Below, one piece after another: positions 12,895 through 26,620 of a stretch of DNA of 64,000 bases. Every line of letters starts with the position of its first letter. The first letter of the stretch is position 1. Origin of the DNA: Octopus sinensis (Eukaryota); the NCBI RefSeq assembly GCF_006345805.1, contig NC_043013.1, forward strand, positions 30,566,001-30,630,000, in the 5' to 3' direction. Under the pieces are notes generated by a model. That model searched no databases. It had not been told where the DNA came from and saw only the letters and a program-made list of their open reading frames with translations. The position numbers and the translations under genes are program-made.

Positions 12895-13740
12895 TGTCAT
12901 TGTTGTTGCTCTTGTTGAGACAGTGATGTATAGTCGTGTTTAAATATTTAGAGCAACTTTTCTTGTGTTTCTTGGCGCAATATCTTTGTTATTAATCTTG
13001 GGCGGAAATATTTTGGACTTATCTAGCCTATTTTTCTTACTAAAATCACGATCAACACACTTCTATTTTATATCTCTCTACACAATTAAAACGCAATCGA
13101 TACGTGTTCTATTCGCCGTAAATATCTCCTAAACACTCTATTTCGATTTCTTTTTCCAATACATTGCTCTATATATTCTTTTCCCAAGAACTTTCTTGTT
13201 GACTCTCTTAACACAACATCTTCAAATATCAGAAAGTTTGAAGTTGATGCCCAATGTTTTGTGTAGATTGGTATTTAAAGACTTTTTTACACCTTTATTC
13301 TAATAAAAGCAAATATTTGATTTCAATTTCCACGAAAACGAGTGGTTAACTCCTAATATATTTGATAGTGGCTCAGAAGTTTTATGTGAAGTACTTTATC
13401 CATTTGTATGAACAGAAGTATACATCTGTGAAGATGAATGACTTTAAGGTGTATTGTAGTTACTTAAAGTGGTATCAGAGACACGTTTCCATGGTAATAT
13501 CTTCCTGATATATAACAGTTGACGAATTTAATCTGCAATGGTTGTCGTTTGTATTGAATTCCTTCTTTAATTCTATCGCGGCGGAGATAAATATTGTAAA
13601 ATGGCATTTATTATATCAATTAGTCAAACTCTTAGCTTAGTGATTCGGTAATATGCTATTATATTACTGATTCATTTGGTCATTGATTTCCATTTACGAT
13701 TCAGGGAGTGGCTTCTAAGCAGCTTTAGTTTACTTCGCTT

Positions 13741-13756
13741 ACTACTACTACTACTA

Positions 13757-13809
<53 letters not shown>

Positions 13810-13836
13810 GTGCTGCTGCTGCTACTACTGCTACTG

Positions 13837-13883
<47 letters not shown>

Positions 13884-13911
13884 GCTGCTGCTGCGTCTAC
13901 TCACACTACTG

Positions 13912-13953
<42 letters not shown>

Positions 13954-13991
13954 ATAATAATAATAATAATAATAATAAACCGGTAATAATA

Positions 13992-14047
<56 letters not shown>

Positions 14048-14058
14048 AATAATAATAA
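13741..14058. repeat. Compound trinucleotide array (ACT)n/(GCT)n/(AAT)n/(GAT)n
   Basis: Directly visible. Confidence 0.95.
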
Positions 14059-14639
14059 TCTTTATTCAGTTGATGATGTACTCTCTCAAATATTCAACTA
14101 TGAACTTCTTATTTCAGCACACTAAGCCCTTCCTACGTGACATTTAAATTAATCCGGGATGCATATATTTCTTCATATGATATCCTGCTTGCCATTTGAT
14201 CGGCGAAAGCTATATTTCCATCGGATTATAGATTACTATAACTAGAACGTAATTTGAATCTGCATCTCGCGGAAGAATTAATTAAATACCTTACATTGAA
14301 ATAATGGGAAAAGTACAAAAAGAATGCTACGACATTGAAGCCACATTTAATAATAGTCTATTTGTTATCTATAAATTGATGACGTTCATTGTCTGTCAGT
14401 GCTGTGTGTGTTGAAGAGATAGCAATGGTTCTGAAACATATGAACACGAAATGACATTTCTCCAGCAGATGGTTATGTGACAAATATATAACAAACAAAA
14501 GTAACTGGTGTAAACTATTTCAATATAACCTCGGTGCTGAAGGGGATTTGCTATTTTATATAAGTTTCTATATTTCTAACCTATCGAACTAAGTTAAATA
14601 CTAATACAGTTAACGCTATTATGGTTGCTCAGCAAAAGA

Positions 14640-15100
14640 TTCTGTACCAAGAATCCAACGATTTAATTTTTTCTCTTGGCATCAGTAACTTTGTATCTTT
14701 TCTTTTCCTTTCACTTGTACGCTTGGATACAATCACCTGCAGTGGTGTTGGTAATTCGAACGTATCGTACAACCATTCCATGGGTACTTCCAGCTTTTTT
14801 GGTTCCACGAATCTCTTTTCTAGTTGGTTTCTGTCTCTTTTGTATGTTTTTCTGTTTTTTACTCAATACATCATTTTACCTATGTATTTGGTAATTTCAC
14901 CTTCTTCCCAGTTCTGTTTTCTATTTTTGTACGTCCTCATATACACCTTATCAGCAACTTTAAAAATATCTTGCTATGTCTTCCTGTCAATTTTTCTTTT
15001 CTTGTGAGGTAGCAATTTATCGAGAACTGACTTTACTTTCCTTGCGAACATCAGCTCCGCTCGTGAGTTGCCTACTGTTGCATTCGTATTTGCTGTATGT
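14640..15100 (-). mobile_element. Ty3/Gypsy LTR-retrotransposon remnant, integrase C-terminal region
   Basis: Minus-strand translation SRAELMFARKVKSVLDKLLPHKKRK..FKVADKVYMRTYKNRKQNWEEGEITKYIGKMMY*VKNRKTYKRDRNQLEKR..EVPMEWLYDTFELP. Resembles the SPAELMF/GPY-F region of Gypsy integrases; contains stops. Confidence 0.7.
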
Positions 15101-15612
15101 ATTGCTACCTCCAATACATACAGCAAATTATTATTTTGCTGTCCATGTATATTTATTTACACGTGGGTCTAAATAAAAATTTTGAGTTACATGTGTATCA
15201 TTATGCAAAAATATTTGATCGTTAATAAAAGCCGACTTTCCTGAGATTCTAAACATATTTCCACCTGTTTTAATATACGCTATTGCTATTTCATCGGAAA
15301 CTTATGATATTTCATGTCAATAACATTCTCCGCATGGAAATTATTTTTGTTTTCTTCAAGTCAGTATTAAAAACAGGTTGTCTTACACACATACTCAAAC
15401 ACACACAAACTGATTCACGCGCCAGCACACACATGCACACACACATACCCACACATACACACGCACAGAGGCAAATACAGCAACACACACGGACACGCAT
15501 ATAGATATATAAATGTGCGTTTGTATGTATATGTAATCATACACAATATATGATTGTATGTATATACATGCATGCATATAAATTTGTATGTATATACATA
15601 TGTATATATGTG

Positions 15613-15660
<48 letters not shown>

Positions 15661-15666
15661 AATCTA

Positions 15667-15791
<125 letters not shown>

Positions 15792-16086
15792 GTATGTATT
15801 TGTGTATATATAATCAATATAAACAGCATTTGGCAGTGTTTCACCCAAAAGGAGAATTATAATTATCACTAAATATTACCAGGATGGTATTAAACATCTA
15901 CATTGCTAGAAATAAGAGATAAGACGCTCTAATGATGTAGTTAACGCACAGGAATTAAAATATATATACTAATAGCTCGAAAAAAGCCCACTTTTTGGAC
16001 AATTATGGTACCTGTTAGTGTTTGTTTTCATTCATGTCCGTTAACTACAGAATTAGAGCACGTATTTAATAACACCCAGGCAACAT

Positions 16087-16134
<48 letters not shown>

Positions 16135-17263
16135 GTTCTCTTATGCACGCTTAAAATGTATTCAGTTGTTTTAAAATATATTATTTTTTAATTTTCTTAC
16201 ACTGGATGACCATTTCACAACCACTGACTTTCAAGCCACTATGATGTTTAAGCCTAAACATTTTCCTGTACGATTTAATATTAGCTTTATAGATTGAAAT
16301 ACAGCTCATATTTTGCCTGTTTGTACCGCAGTGTACAGTAAATTCCTTTTCTATTTTAATTTTGTTATATTTTCTCCGTATCATTGCTGTATTTGTTAAT
16401 GCCTGTTATCTGATGATAACGAATTGCTTTGAGCGCTTCACGTATCAAATGCAAAACTGACGAAAGCCAACTATTCCTTCATAACTAGATGCAAATCATA
16501 ATATCAAGACAATGTGGCATCATGTGGCAACCTGAACTGAATTGATAGTTGTTTAACAGAAGTGGCCTTTACAAAAACTCGTTTCCATGAATACAATAAA
16601 AGGTATGCATCATAATGCATATTTTTGCGGAGTGGCCACTATGCATGGAAAGAAATTGAGGCCTATCCCTATGTAAGGAAATGATGTTACGATGGAGTGG
16701 ACACTCGTAATGTAGTAAAACGACATACACTGTAACAGTGAATGGAATATCCAAGTAATCTAGAATAAGATATAAACGATAACCTAGCAACGTCATAATA
16801 AATTGATAGAAGTGGATTCTATAAATGTACAAAGGAACTCAAAAATACGTTAAAAATTTTCGAGTTTCAAAATCATCATAAAAGCAAGGCTGAAGTTGTC
16901 ATTCTTTGGGCATTTATAGAAGGGAAAGATCTTAAATTTTCCTTCTCCACATGTTTCTAAGTGTTTACTCAGTGGACGTTTTCGCAGTTCCTCTTGTCGG
17001 ACATGTTGTCGGTGAATTCTGGCACATTGGCATAAAGCATTTCACGTTTCGCCTATGTAATTCTCCTTGAATGTTGGACAGGTTATGCAGTATATTACGT
17101 TCTGTGTCTTGCAATTCATGTCTGCATTTACTTTGAATGCGTGACCACTCTTAAATTGTATTTGTTTGTTTCCATCTATGTATTTCTAGATGGGGTTACA
17201 GCAGATCCCACATCTACCATCTCCACACTGTAATAGAAAAAATTCAGTTTTATTCTCTGATGA

Positions 17264-17303
<40 letters not shown>

Positions 17304-17522
17304 GGTTTAGTTCGCTTGTGATATTAATGAATATGTATGCTGGATAAGCGGTATATTTGGTCGACCATTAATTTCCAAGATCAGTTAAGGCTGGAGCAAG
17401 GGTTCCGCGTTAGGTTTTCCTTGTAGCACGTGCATACTATATTCGACGAAATATCAAAACCAAGGCAGAACGAATATCTTAAGTAATTTAGAATAATTTA
17501 ATTAGGGTAAGGGGTATTTGAA

Positions 17523-17557
17523 GTCGTACAGCTGTTTCTGGGATCACCCTCCGTCAT
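17523..17557 (-). ncRNA. Decayed type-I hammerhead motif with palindromic stem III ACAGCTGT
   Basis: Minus strand: atgacgg-a-ggg/tgat/ccc-a-GAA-ACAGCTGT-A. The 3' half is intact; the CUGANGA box is mutated and there is no stem I partner. Confidence 0.45.
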
Positions 17558-20124
17558 TAAATGCAATGTATGAATAATTTAGACGGGAAAAATGTACAGA
17601 TTACGGGGAATAAAATACACAGTTTATAAAGAATAAAATAGAATAAATGAGTAAAATAGAAGAAAGAGTAAAAATAGTTAGAAGAATATAAGCAGGAGAA
17701 TAATGTTCACAACTCATCTTTTTCCAGAAGATATGGGTTTTGGTCGGTACTTACACGAATATAGAGAATTGTAGTTAAAATCGAATGTAAATCCAGGCAA
17801 CATTTTGGCAGCGTTCTGAATGATGTATTCTTATTATAAATATGTATGTAAAGCGAGAAAGTATGATGGACATAAATTGGTTTTGTGTATGAGTGTATGG
17901 GAAAGAGAAAAGAGAGAGTATCCTTGGCCGCATAAGTTCTTTTCTCTACTTATCCCAATGTTCCTGTTTGCACCGCGCATTCTTAATACCATACACCAAC
18001 AGTCTACGTAAGGATCCCTTTTACAGTATGAACATTTTGTAGTCGATAGTATTGTGTTGTAGAAGAAAATATTGTACTATTATCCATTACCGCACTGGAA
18101 AGATGCACCTGAAACACACAATCTAATGAAGGAGAATCTATTATTTAGTACAAAGTGGCATACTGACATCCTGTTTTTTTTTTATTTCTCACAGGCATTC
18201 TGCTGTCTAACTCTGTATCTTTTTTCACTAATACAATAGTTTCTGGGTCTTGGGAGATGATTGACGTCATTCACCTCCACCACTCTCTTCATCTCTCATT
18301 ATCTGAATCCACATCAGCTACTACATTTATTAATTCCTTCTAAGAACAAAAGGTGTCATAACCCTTCTGTAGGCTTCATATGCAAAGAGTCAAAAGGGAC
18401 TGAAACTGCTTCGAATAAATATGGTTCAGTGGATCTGTGAAATTCATGGTCAGATACACTTTCAAGAGATTAAGCTAAAACAAAATATTAAAAACACATG
18501 CTGCATCTCTCCATGACAATTACAATCAAATCATTGATGTGCACATAAATTGTAATTCCATTAATAATTAAAGAAAATAATTTTCATATTTGAATTTAAT
18601 TAGAATGCGTTACTTAATTTAACATAATTTCAACAGGTCCAGAAATATTTTGGCTGAGCAAAATTTTTGAATCGTGATACCATGATTAGTTGGAACGTAT
18701 CAAACTACTCTATTACATAACCTTTGAAAACACGCTTCTTCTGAAATTGCTAGTTTCGCAATTCATATTTTCTGATTTCTTTACTGAAATAACTATAATT
18801 TAGCGATATCTTGAACCATCACATTAGACTTATCAACGGCCTTTAGGAATAAAATTCAATAATCTTTACATGTCACTTTTATAATAAACATTCTTGTTTA
18901 TTTTTAACTATCTTCGATCAATAATTGCAGTTACATTCTGCAGAAAAGTAGAGTTACATTGTTCGTCGAAGTTTGATAGGTAATACAATTTCAAGGCCGG
19001 AAATTAAAACCTAATTACAGAATTGAGGTTAATATTCTATGAAGATAATAAATATATTATACTGTTGGGAAATGCGCATAAGACTACAGGATTACAAATC
19101 ATCTTGGTTTGAACAATATTCTATGTTTCTGGTTATCTATTATTTCGAAATGTATTGTCAAAGGCATTTCAATAATCCCTTGGAAACAATAGAATTCTCG
19201 AACATTTTGTGATCTGCAAATAAATATGTTCATGTCTAGATATTATACATAGCACTACGAATGATAATAGCAGTATTCCAAGGAGCTCTATCGACTACAA
19301 CAAAACGCGCAACATCTCGAGCAGAAGAACTTGGGCAACACTACATAGAATTAAAAAGACATGCATCATATAGATACCTTGAGGTGTTACTTGCATTTCA
19401 TAATCAACAATATGCATACGTTCATTAGTAATCTGCTTTAGAAATACAATTGCCAGTTGTTCTTTTGTGCTGCGTCAGGTGGGATGAGGCATTCGTCACT
19501 TCTCTCGTTAATTATAAGACTACTATGTGGAATTTGTTCATTATGTATGTTTAACGAAGCTAATAAGAAATGTAGTTGCGTTCCTAAAGAAAATACTGTG
19601 GCTCAACGATATTTAACACGGTAAATGCATTAAAAATATTCGTTAGGAATTCTCATTTGCAGTGTATGAGAACTTAATAAATATTGTTGCTGCAAAAATA
19701 CCGTAGTTTTAGGGGACAGGAAAAAATTGCAAATTCGATCTCGGCATGATTTGAATTCAAAACAAAATCCGAAAATGAATAAAACAAACTATTTAGTATT
19801 GATATAGTATTAAGTAACGGATATGCTATATAATATGATGTTGCGATATTGCATTAGCATGACATTTCGAACAGTTGTTTAATTACATTACATAGCGTGC
19901 TGGTAACAACGCTTTTCTACGATTACATTCATTCGTATATTTTCTTGCTTTGCTTTTAGGATGTCGGGGTGTTGAAAAGCAAAGTTAATTCGGTGGCGTT
20001 TGAACTTAAGACAGAAGGGATCGGAAGAAATAGATCTAGGCATTGGGCACGACGACAGTGCAGACTTTGAACTTGATAAATGAAAAATATCAATACGTAT
20101 ATAAATATAACGATATAAATATTA

Positions 20125-20290
20125 AGTGCAGACGTGGTGGTGTGATAAGAAGCTTGCTTCACAACTATATGGTTCTGAGTTCAGTCTCATCATGTGGTAT
20201 CTTGGACAGGCGTCGTCTACTATAGTTTTGGGCTGATCAAGCCTTGTGAGTGGATTTATTTGAAGGAAACTGAAAGAAGGACGTCCTATA
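20125..20290 (+). mobile_element. tRNA-derived SINE family A
   Basis: gtgcagacgtggtggtgtgataagaagcttgcttc...ggttctgagttcagtc...gccttgtgagtggattt...ggaaactgaaagaagg followed by an A/T-rich simple-repeat tail. Confidence 0.8.
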
Positions 20291-20303
20291 AATAAATAAA
20301 TAA

Positions 20304-20349
<46 letters not shown>

Positions 20350-20365
20350 ATATATATATGTATAT

Positions 20366-20521
20366 AGGGAGAGTTTATGAAAAAAGCAAAAGACGAAGAC
20401 AGGTGGTGTACAAAACAAACAGATGTAATAGTATAACGCTCAGGAATAGAAAAAGTCTTTTACGTTTCGAGCCTACGCTCTTCTACAGAAAGGGACACAA
20501 AAAAAACAAGGAGAGAAAAAA
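20366..20521 (-). mobile_element. ~155-bp non-coding repeat carrying an HHR-like motif (20455-20496), flanked by (TA)n
   Basis: Homologous to 53246-53416 (+). Minus strand reads ttt-CTGTAGA-A-GAGC/gtag/GCTC-GAAAC-GTA-aaa. Confidence 0.75.
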
Positions 20522-20526
20522 TATGT

Positions 20527-20571
<45 letters not shown>

Positions 20572-20584
20572 CAAGGTAGTATAT

Positions 20585-20770
20585 ACTAGAATAATTTTAT
20601 AAAAATATAATTCAGTACCGGTGTCGGTCATTGAGAATTTTTCACTGTATGGAAAGCAATTAAATTTTAGAAAAATTAAATAAGTTTTTTTAACATCATA
20701 TTTGTATAGTATTCAAATATATGGAGCAATTTCCTTATTTCTACCTTTCTTTGTCTCTCTTGTTTACTAT
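20585..20770 (-). mobile_element. Diverged copy of the 8975-9160 repeat family
   Basis: ataattttataaaaatataattcagtaccggtgtcggtcattgagaa...tttgtatagtattcaaata aligns to the reverse complement of 9020-9160. Confidence 0.7.
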
Positions 20771-20812
20771 TGTGGGTTCGAGGTTATCGTGAATTTTTGG
20801 CAGAGAAAAAAA

Positions 20813-20863
20813 AAGAAGAAGAAGAAGAAGAAGAAGAAGAAGAAGAAGAAGAAGAAGAAGAAG

Positions 20864-20893
<30 letters not shown>
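20813..20893. repeat. (GAA)n microsatellite
   Basis: Directly visible; source of the poly-E/poly-K ORFs. Confidence 0.95.
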
Positions 20894-20894
<1 letters not shown>

Positions 20895-22417
20895 GTTGTG
20901 TGTGTGTGTGCATGTCCCCCACCGCTGCTTAGGTACCAGGCTTCAAAAAATAAGTGCTGGAGTCGATTCATTCAACTAAAACGTCAAGGAGGCGACCTGC
21001 ATGGCCACACTCTATTGACTGAAACGAGTAAAAGATTAACAGAATAAAAGGTTTACTTATACCAGCTTTGTCGCTCACTTCCTCTTTTACTAAATTTCAA
21101 TAACCAATCACTCTATGTATCTGACGTAACACATGAATATAGGAGCGAAGGTGACACGAAGGGTTATCTCAGTTACAGATTACGTACACAAACACTCACA
21201 CGTAGGGGATTAAATATAGAAAACCATGTTAATAGTCTTCCATTTTGCGTTTTCTAAATGAAAGCATGTCATGCGCGCACGTATACGTACATACAGACAG
21301 ACGCAAACACAGAAAATCCGATGAAATCTTGTTTGTACAAATGCCAAAACAAATTTATTCATTGAAGATAAATTGATTATAGTTTTACGTTCGTTTTCAA
21401 TGTTGTCCTTAAAGCTGATAAGAAGTCACTGATAAGTAAATTTATTTGCAAGAAATAAAGTCACACAATTTTACTGAACTCCCCTTTAAAGTCAGCTGTA
21501 CACGGAAGATTCTGATGTATTTTTTTACCTTCTATCATGTAGAGCCCTTCTTTTTATCTCTAAAATTTTAGACTGTTTTCGTTGTCAGTAAATTCTTTTT
21601 ATAACACAAAAAACACTTTTTCAATGCAAATGAAATCTCCCGGTGAGTAATATTTCGCATAAGAATTCAAATGAAGCAAAATACCACATTAACCAAATAT
21701 AAACAGTCGCATCGACTGACGCCATGAGACACATACTATTTCTTATAATGTCATTATCTTGCAAATGATCTTGTGTAATATTTAACGTGAATATTTAACG
21801 GAATTAATGGTAAACCTATTAGGTTATTTCTGAAAACTTTATCCATGGAACCTGAAAGCATAGACTGTGTTGTATGTGTATTGAAAGAAAGTCGCTCATC
21901 TGCTGCTCATTGAAAAGTGAAAGAAATTGGAATACAATGATTATTTAATGCACTTTACATATGTACTTTATACACTTTATGCACAATCTTATAGAATTAA
22001 TACACAGTACTCATAAAAAAATGCTCACTCTTCTTTTTTCAGTTTACCCTAACTAAAAAAAATGCCGTACATAAGTTAGAACTTTTAGTTTAATTACATA
22101 TATCTGCCACGTAAATACACGTGAATAATTCACGGAATTGCCCTCATGTGCAAGCGTTAAATGATTGGAGGTATAAAAAAATCTTAGTGCAATTTAAAAA
22201 AAAAAGTTTCCACCAATCAACACCGCCTCCTCCACCACCACTGCCACCACCACCGCCTCTATCTTCACCAGAACCACCACGGCCACCATCATCCTATCGC
22301 ATCCCTCCCCGTCTCCGTTTTTCTTTAACCTCACCATCAGAACATCACCCTCTGCTGAAATTATTAGGTTCCTCATATCATGGACACTTTTCTCAATGTT
22401 TTCTCTTTCCAAAGTTT

Positions 22418-22460
<43 letters not shown>

Positions 22461-23220
22461 GCCTCTCTCTGTCTCAGTTTTTACTTTGTCCTTTTTTCTC
22501 TCTCCTTCTTTTCTCCTCCTTTTCCTTTCAACTAATGATGTGAAAACGTTATAATTACATTCCTTCTACCACACGCAACGGCCGCTTCTCTCCCCCCCTC
22601 TCTCTCTTTTTCTTTCTCCCTTTTTCCCTCCAATCACGTGAAAGCTTTACCGGCGGGCTAAGTATCGCAGTGACAAACATAATTATTACAAGATTTGTTC
22701 TGGTACGAACAATTAAATAATATCACCAGATGTTTTTTCACCTTACTATAGAAGCCATACAAACTATGAATGTTGTCTACCCTTTTGTGTGAGCATATGA
22801 TAAATGGTAATCTGACGCTGAATGATTTACTAGATCAAACAATGCAAAACGGACCATTATTGTTCTTACTGTTGGTCTTTTTTGTGTCCAGTATATCAGG
22901 ACCTAAATGTCCTTTTATCAGTGTTTAAGGGATTATATAGTTCTGTATACATAGAACTGTATACTTCCTTAACACACAAAATACCAACAGTAACAAGAAT
23001 AACTGTCCGTTTTGCATTGCTTGGCCTTCTAACACTTTCGGCGTCACATACATACAATATTTCACATAAACAACAAGATTTTACTTGTTGATCTATTTTA
23101 ACGAACAAGCATTAATTGAGATGAAAGAGAGTTGAACAGCATCAAAAACTGGGCGTGCGATGAAAGTTGCTGTGAACCTGTATGGAACGGGCACATATTG
23201 ATGTATTTACATAATTTAAT

Positions 23221-23510
23221 GAAGGCGCATGGCTTAGTGGTTTAAAGTATTCGACTCACAATCGTGAGTTCGATTCCGAGGTGCGAGTTGATTCTTTGAA
23301 CAAGACACCTTATTTCGTATTCTTCCAATTTACTTAGCTGGCAAAATGCGTTCTACCAATAATTATGGGTCATGCCGAAAATACCTAACACAAACGTGGA
23401 AGGTATGTTTATCCGTATAATACGCAGCAACGTGCTCGTTAATTTCGCGAGCTGGCTATTTATTTGATGGAGTCGCCTAGAACGGTCATCGTCGAAATCG
23501 ACAAAGGGTC
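23221..23510 (+). mobile_element. tRNA-derived CORE-like SINE
   Basis: A-box-like tggcttagtggt, B-box gagttcgattcc, then ttgaacaagacaccttatttc..agctggcaaaat. Confidence 0.75.
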
Positions 23511-25976
23511 ATATACACATGCGCGCATGCACACATACACACATAATTCAATCCGTAACTGAACGTAAGAAGGTAAAGCTATAAAACATAACGTGTATAT
23601 ATTAGATTTAAAAACCGTTTAAATGTCCAAACGTCCAAATTCCGCCCAGAAGACTTTTTAACGCAATATATATTTATTTATTGCCAAATTCCCTTCGAGT
23701 TAAACCGTTCAAGAAAAAGGAATTATATCATGTCCTCTTGAATGATTTAAATTCTTGCCACGACAATATATATTTCTACACACATACGCACACATACACA
23801 GACACACATACACACATACACGTACGTGTGAAAGTGTATCTGCGTGAGTGTGTGCGTATTTAGGTACTTATGGCTGGAAGATAGTTACTGATTTCTTGAA
23901 CAACGGTAAAGGTCGTATGCATGTGATAACTGCTATACACATTTTTTCAATGAGATGTTTTGAAAGTATCTCGTAGTCGTTCTAAATATGTTTCCTCTCA
24001 CTGGCGACTGAAGTAAATTGAGATATACACAAACAACGCAATTCGAAAATTGCTAAGAGTAATTTTCATTAACGTCATAGTAGGTGTGTTTCAAGCAGCA
24101 GAAACCGTTAGCCATTAAATTTTAGTGGATGCTGTATATATCATTGAAACGTTGAAGTGAAATTGATAACTCGTGAAAGATAGTAGAGAACTGATGTAAA
24201 CCAAATTGAAAATCCATTATTTGACTATGGAGGTTTCCAACATAAATGTAGAAATGAGACGATTGTAATAGAAATGAATACAACTTCAATTTCGATCGTA
24301 TAATTCTTGAGAAAATTGTCAAGAATTGAAATTGATGAGTTATATAATATAGATATATAGTACACATTCATATATTGAGTCATATACCTCGAGATCATTT
24401 AACACGGAGTATATTCAATATGCCATGTTTTATTGAATAAATGTGCTTACGAAAGCTAATCTATAATACGTTCTAGCCAGTCTGCTAAACAGCATGACTA
24501 TAGCATGAACGATTGAAGAAGTGGTAACAACTCATTGGTGTCGCTGATGGTTCTCAAAGATTGTGACTATAAAGCTTTTAAAGTATAAGGCACCGTACGT
24601 TATGTCTGAGAAGGTTATAGCAATATTAAGTGTGTTTGATATATGAACAACGTTTACTAATATACGTAGCCATTCCGAAACGTAGAGCAAAATTTAAAAC
24701 AACGATCGCTCTCACTTTCGAAATAATAACGATACTGGAATGCAATTTCCCTACGCCCATCAAAGTTAGAAACTAGAATTCGGGGATATATTGGAATATA
24801 TTGTAGAATAAATAATCTGATGAACAGAAACTATAGCAGCTTTCAGATCACGTAGGTGTGTTGATAATTCACAAGGTTCTGTTCGTAGAATTTTAAAACA
24901 AGAAAAAGTAGCGTAGATCACAAAGCAGAAAAATATAATCATGTGGTCCGTACTAACATCAATGAAAGCATACATCCTTCTCGCTGGCTGGGAACCAAAT
25001 GTATATAATGCATATATCTTAAAGGGAACTGTTGACTTTACACTTCATACACAAACACACACACACACACCACACACACGCATACACACACACACAAACA
25101 TACTCACTCACAGACATATGCGTTCACGCGTGTGTGATTGTGCTATTCTAATTCGAAGAAATACTATACATGGTATGCTTTCATCCCTTTTACTAATTGT
25201 GGGCCTTTGAAGTTTTTGCTCCTCCTTATAGATATATTATACATATAATGCATTACTATCCATAAATGCCACATGCTAAGAGGGACTCTTAAAGTCAGAA
25301 CTAAAAAAATAAATAAACATTTCGTACCGAATGCAACTCTAAAAAAGAAAGCCATTTGAAAACTAAATTTAGCTATAGATCACCGTGATTTCATAATTAG
25401 TGCAGTAATGCACATTTTAATCATCAGTGCAAGCATAATTCAAGATTTATAACGAATGAACAAAATTAACATACTGGACGAACAACCAATGTATCCAACA
25501 GAGCACATAGAAATGTTCACCCTTTATAGATCTATGTAAATGACGGGCTTTACCAATTGCATTTCAGTAACAACGTGCATACTCGGAATGAAAATTCAGT
25601 ACTGAATATACTCCGGTTAAATTTACACTTTCAGAACTTACGAGATTGTTTGGAAAAACTTTTATATGTATGTTTGACAGAACGTGTGAGTGTGTCTCTC
25701 TGTGTGCATATGTGCTTGCACGCGCGCGCGCGTCTATTTCTGTTTGTGTGAATATGTGCGTGAATAAGTCTGTGAATACGTCTCTGAGTGCATGTATGAC
25801 AGTATGTGAGAGAGATTGAGTGTTGTGTATTTATTGTTTAATAATTAGTTTTTCTTGTAAATTTAGTAACAGTTATCAGAGCATCATTAATAATGCCCAG
25901 TAATTGTTGAGATTCCGTCATCCTGAAAGGAAATTATTTTGATAAAACTCTCGGTTTTTCTTATAAATATACTGTT

Positions 25977-26620
25977 TACATGTTTAAGTTTGGTGAGAAC
26001 TTTTTTTATAAAATATATTTTCGTTCCTTTGGGTAATTTCGATCACAACGTGAATGGAAAGGTCATAAACGAATCATTTCCGCATATTTCTAGATGTATG
26101 CTCAGTGGGATCTTAAATAATTCCACATTTTAAATATAGAATCTATGCATTCTCTGGCATTTAAAATGTTTCCAGTCTCACCGATATAATTGTCTTCGCA
26201 AATAGATTATGCAATATAATAGATTCTGTGTTTTACAGTTCGTTTGCGCATTTATTTGAAGGAGTACCTACTTGTAAATTTTTAGAGAACCAATATCCAA
26301 ATATTTGATATACATTGTATCTAATGGCTTTCAGTGACAATTCTGAATTCCATCCTGAAGTGAATTCTGGATTTGTGAGGTTTTGTTCGAAATGTCCTCT
26401 TGCTTATATTTTCTTCAACCAGATCTCTCTTATTTGGAGCTTCAGAAAGTATTTGTAGATTGGTTTTCATCATATTGAATATGTTCGCCATTCGTGGTAT
26501 TACTTTCAACATTTGTTTGGAACCCTCAGTTGTACGATATCTACTTTCATTGCTTTTATAATCCCATTGATTATTATTGCAAAGGGTAATGTTGGAGATT
26601 TGGGAAGTCTTTAATTTCAA
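25977..26620 (-). mobile_element. Penelope-like element remnant, C-terminal GIY-YIG endonuclease
   Basis: Minus strand across frameshifts: TQNLLYCII...EDNYIGETGNILNAR (YIGETG at 26171-26188)...KIPLSIHLEICGNDSFMTFPF...YFIKKFSPNLN. This is the typical PLE GIY-YIG C-terminus; the upstream part is only weakly assignable. Confidence 0.7.

Noticed and set aside
12655-12926. Poly-Y/poly-L/poly-I ORFs (likewise poly-E/poly-K at 20702-20979 and the many IY/HT ORFs)
   Set aside because: Pure microsatellite read-through.
14408-14447. HHR-shaped gtg-TTGAAGA..GAA-ACATATGA-A-cac
   Set aside because: Needs three or more corrections (C3U, U16.1A, poor stem II); not distinguishable from chance without a family consensus.
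18195-18342. Good-looking splice acceptor (tttatttctcacag) followed by a short open frame
   Set aside because: Ends in a stop with no donor and no recognisable product; the minus strand shows only vague transposase-like acidic sequence.
22121-22543. Proline-rich 140-aa ORF
   Set aside because: Degenerate (CCA)n plus (CT)n repeats; no splice or domain support.
25370-25430. Minus-strand CTGATGA..GAAATCACGGTGATC motif
   Set aside because: Stem III and an AUC site are present, but stem I is poor and stem II does not close next to the core.
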